DNA of 32,000 nt, from positions 3,510,001 through 3,542,000 of the forward strand of contig NC_000962.3 in the NCBI RefSeq assembly GCF_000195955.2, written 5' to 3'. Below are positions 29,852-32,000 of this stretch, one piece after another. The position numbers and the translations under genes were made by a program. Source of the DNA: Mycobacterium tuberculosis H37Rv. Lineage in GTDB: Bacteria > Actinomycetota > Actinomycetes > Mycobacteriales > Mycobacteriaceae. Position 1 is the stretch's first letter; every line of letters starts with the position of its first letter. The notes beneath the pieces are model-generated. The model made no database searches. It saw only the letters and a list, made by a program, of their open reading frames with translations, and was not told the origin of the DNA.

Positions 29852-30817
29852 GCTGATCCGCCGGTCCCGGACGTGCCGGGTCACCGATTCGGCCAGCGCC
29901 CGCAGGTGGCTGTTCACCTCTTGGTGCCGTTCCAGCATCGAGCAGTGGCCGCCGGGCAGTTCAACGAGGCCGACGACATTGGGCGCGGTGCGCGCAATCC
30001 TGCGGGACTGGCTGATCGGCGTTAGTCGATCACGTACGCCGCCGATCACCAGGGTTGGCACCGTCAGACCATCCAGGTTGAGGTGTGCCGACCCTACTTC
30101 CTCGACGAGCATCTTCGCGCAGCCGCCGCGCCCCGCGGCAGACGTCTGGGTGAACAACTCATAGACCAGTCTCGTGGCGCTGGGGTCCGCGTCGGCGGCG
30201 ACCGCCAGCGTGGAGATCACGTGCCGGCTTAAGGCCCTGGCCGCGCCGGGGAGTGGAAACCCGCCGAACGTGTTGACCAGGCTCCGGCCGGCCAGCACCC
30301 GAACCGGGGACAACTCGCGTGGCACCGACAGCAGTTTCACCTTGCGCACCAGGTCGCCGGTGGTGGTGTTGATCAGCGCGACGGCGTCCGTGCGGCGGCG
30401 GACTTTGTGGCGGTAGCGGTCCGACCAGGCGGCAATGGTAATGCCGCCCATCGAGTGCCCAGCGACCACCGCACGCTCGCGCGGGGCCAACGTAGCGTCC
30501 AACACCGAATCGAGGTCGGCCGCAAGGTGATTGAGGCTGTAGGCGCCACGCCGTGGGACACCGCTTCGACCGTGGCCGCGATGGTCGAAGGCGATCACCC
30601 GGTAGTCGCCGGCCAGGTCGGCGATTTGGTATGCCCAGGCCCGGATGGCGCAGACGAAACCGTGCGTCAGCACAATCGGATAGCCGTGAGGCGGCCCGAA
30701 CACCTGGGTGTGTAACGGGGTGCCGTCCGCCGCACGGACGGTCAAGGTGCGGCTAGGCGGTAGGACGTCTGGAATCTGGGTAGCCCCGCTGCTTCGAGTG
30801 GGTCTCCGAGCACTCAT
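29846..30817 (-). CDS. hpx: Alpha/beta-hydrolase (non-heme haloperoxidase/esterase-like)
   Basis: The HGF oxyanion motif is LTHGF and the nucleophile elbow is GHSMGG. ATG at 30817 is preceded by GAAGGGGGAG, giving 323 aa. A shorter TTG start at 30745 (299 aa) is what I recall being annotated. Confidence 0.85.
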
Positions 30818-30881
30818 CGCCGCTCCCCCTTCGACGCGGCCCCGTTGCCGCCTTCCGGATGTCGCCCACTCTAGCGTGCAG

Positions 30882-31364
30882 TTACTTACGGGTAGCTGGA
30901 AATCGCTGAAGCATAGGATCACAGAATAATAACGTCGCGGCCCCTGCTCTCAGCTGGTTTCGCATCGCCAGCCGATCAGTAGTCGTCTCAGTAATCGTCG
31001 AGGGCGGCCACGTTGCGCCAACTCGGCCACGTCGTCTCCCAGATCCGGTGAATTCGGCCGTTGCGGTAGGCGGCAATGAGTACCACCTCGATGCGGGTCG
31101 GCTCCTCGCCAGGTCGCGACGTGGTGATCCACACCCGCCCGGCAACCTTGTCTGGGCCTCTACCCATGCGTGCTCGTCGTATTCGACCGCGTAGCTGATC
31201 GCCGTGGCGTAGAGCTTGCGGTGGCTATCGCGGAATTTTGCGAAGCTCTGGCTCAGCCCGTCGGAGTACATCAGGAAGTCTGGGTCGTAGTAGTGCTCGA
31301 TCAGCTCCGCGTTTTTGGCGACGACCATCCGATCGAACATTTCCCGAAGCAGCGCAACGGACAT
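30882..31364 (-). CDS. Hypothetical protein Rv3172c; the N-terminal half is NTF2/SnoaL-like and the gene is probably frameshifted (see findings)
   Basis: 160-aa ORF; ATG at 31364 with AGGA 8 nt upstream. Residues 1-71 look like a folded domain. The remainder is Arg/Pro/Gly/Thr-rich, as expected for out-of-frame translation. A different frame continues the domain to TGA at 30988-30990. Confidence 0.6.
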   Translation of the reverse strand: MSVALLREMFDRMVVAKNAELIEHYYDPDFLMYSDGLSQSFAKFRDSHRKLYATAISYAVEYDEHAWVEAQTRLPGGCGSPRRDLARSRPASRWYSLPPTATAEFTGSGRRRGRVGATWPPSTITETTTDRLAMRNQLRAGAATLLFCDPMLQRFPATRK

Positions 31365-31442
31365 TCGGCGATCCTAAACCCTGGCCGCCGGCCATCTCAC
31401 AACGTGAGCGTGGACGAATCCCCATCCATTGCGATGACGAGT

Positions 31443-32000
31443 TCAGACCGGACGGGCCGTTGCCTGATCAATCAGGACCTCCGCTGCCGCTCGGGCGTGC
31501 GCCCAGGGGCCGGCATCGTCGAGGGAGGTGGACAGTGCGGCCGCGCCCTCGAACAGCACGGCGAGTTGATTGCCCAGGCTGCGCGGATGCGCTGCGCCGG
31601 CTTCTCGGGCCAGCCGGGCGAGGCCTTTGATGTAGTCGCGTTTGTGCGAGTGGACGATCCGCTCGACTCCGGGCATCTCCCCGGCCGCCTCGACCGCCGC
31701 GTTGTGGAATGGACAACCTCGCATCCGCCCATCGCCCCTGTTTGGACGATCGAACAATGCGAGCAGCCGCTCGCGTGGTGTCGCGTTGGATGCCTTGGGC
31801 ATCTTGTCGGCCTCGCCGGCGGCTTGCCGGAGCCCGCGCAGGTACTCCTCCACCAACGCGGACTTACTCGGAAAGTGTTGGTAGAGAGTCCGCTTGGATA
31901 CCGAAGCCTTGTTCGCAATCAGTTCGACCCCGGTGGCGTTGATGCCCTCGCAGTAGAACAGCTCTGCAGCCGCCTTCAAGATACGCTGACGAGCGCCGCG
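31443..32000 (-). CDS. TetR-family transcriptional regulator (Rv3173c), 5' end beyond the window
   Basis: The frame is open to position 32000 (...RGARQRILKAAAELFY...). The helix-turn-helix is INATGVELIANKASVSKRTLYQHFPSKSALV. The track's M at 31979 is an internal TTG (Leu). Confidence 0.88.
   Translation of the reverse strand, partial: RGARQRILKAAAELFYCEGINATGVELIANKASVSKRTLYQHFPSKSALVEEYLRGLRQAAGEADKMPKASNATPRERLLALFDRPNRGDGRMRGCPFHNAAVEAAGEMPGVERIVHSHKRDYIKGLARLAREAGAAHPRSLGNQLAVLFEGAAALSTSLDDAGPWAHARAAAEVLIDQATARPV

Overview
This is a GC-rich actinobacterial chromosome segment. From protein sequences and gene order I recognise it as the Mycobacterium tuberculosis complex NADH dehydrogenase I (nuo) region; this comes from memory of H37Rv, as no database search was possible. 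The order is: tail of an upstream gene; PPE52 (-); the 14-gene nuoA-N operon (+, 1682..17385); PPE53 (-, MPTR type); a TetR repressor with a Rieske oxygenase (Rv3160c/Rv3161c, -); a five-gene MoxR3 AAA+/DUF58 membrane module (Rv3166c to Rv3162c, -); TetR Rv3167c (-) divergent from an APH-like kinase and an unknown protein (Rv3168/Rv3169, +); amine oxidase aofH (+) convergent with hydrolase hpx (-); Rv3172c (-); and a 5'-truncated TetR Rv3173c (-). I found no rRNA, tRNA, CRISPR array, IS element or prophage. Main second-look items: (1) A short interspersed repeat, probably MIRU-type, with core TCCCCCGCAAGCGGGAGGTRCCCCCA, occurs three times inside the nuo operon. One copy fills the only real intercistronic gap and carries a 40-codon ORF with ATGA overlaps at both ends. 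One copy forms an N-terminal extension of NuoI. One copy sits in frame inside nuoM. (2) Rv3172c looks like an NTF2/SnoaL-like gene broken by a 1-nt deletion. (3) Twin GTTATC-N4-GATAAC operators flank a candidate leaderless promoter of the Rieske oxygenase gene. (4) The MoxR3/DUF58 membrane module has no known function. Most long alternative-frame ORFs in the track are high-GC artefacts.
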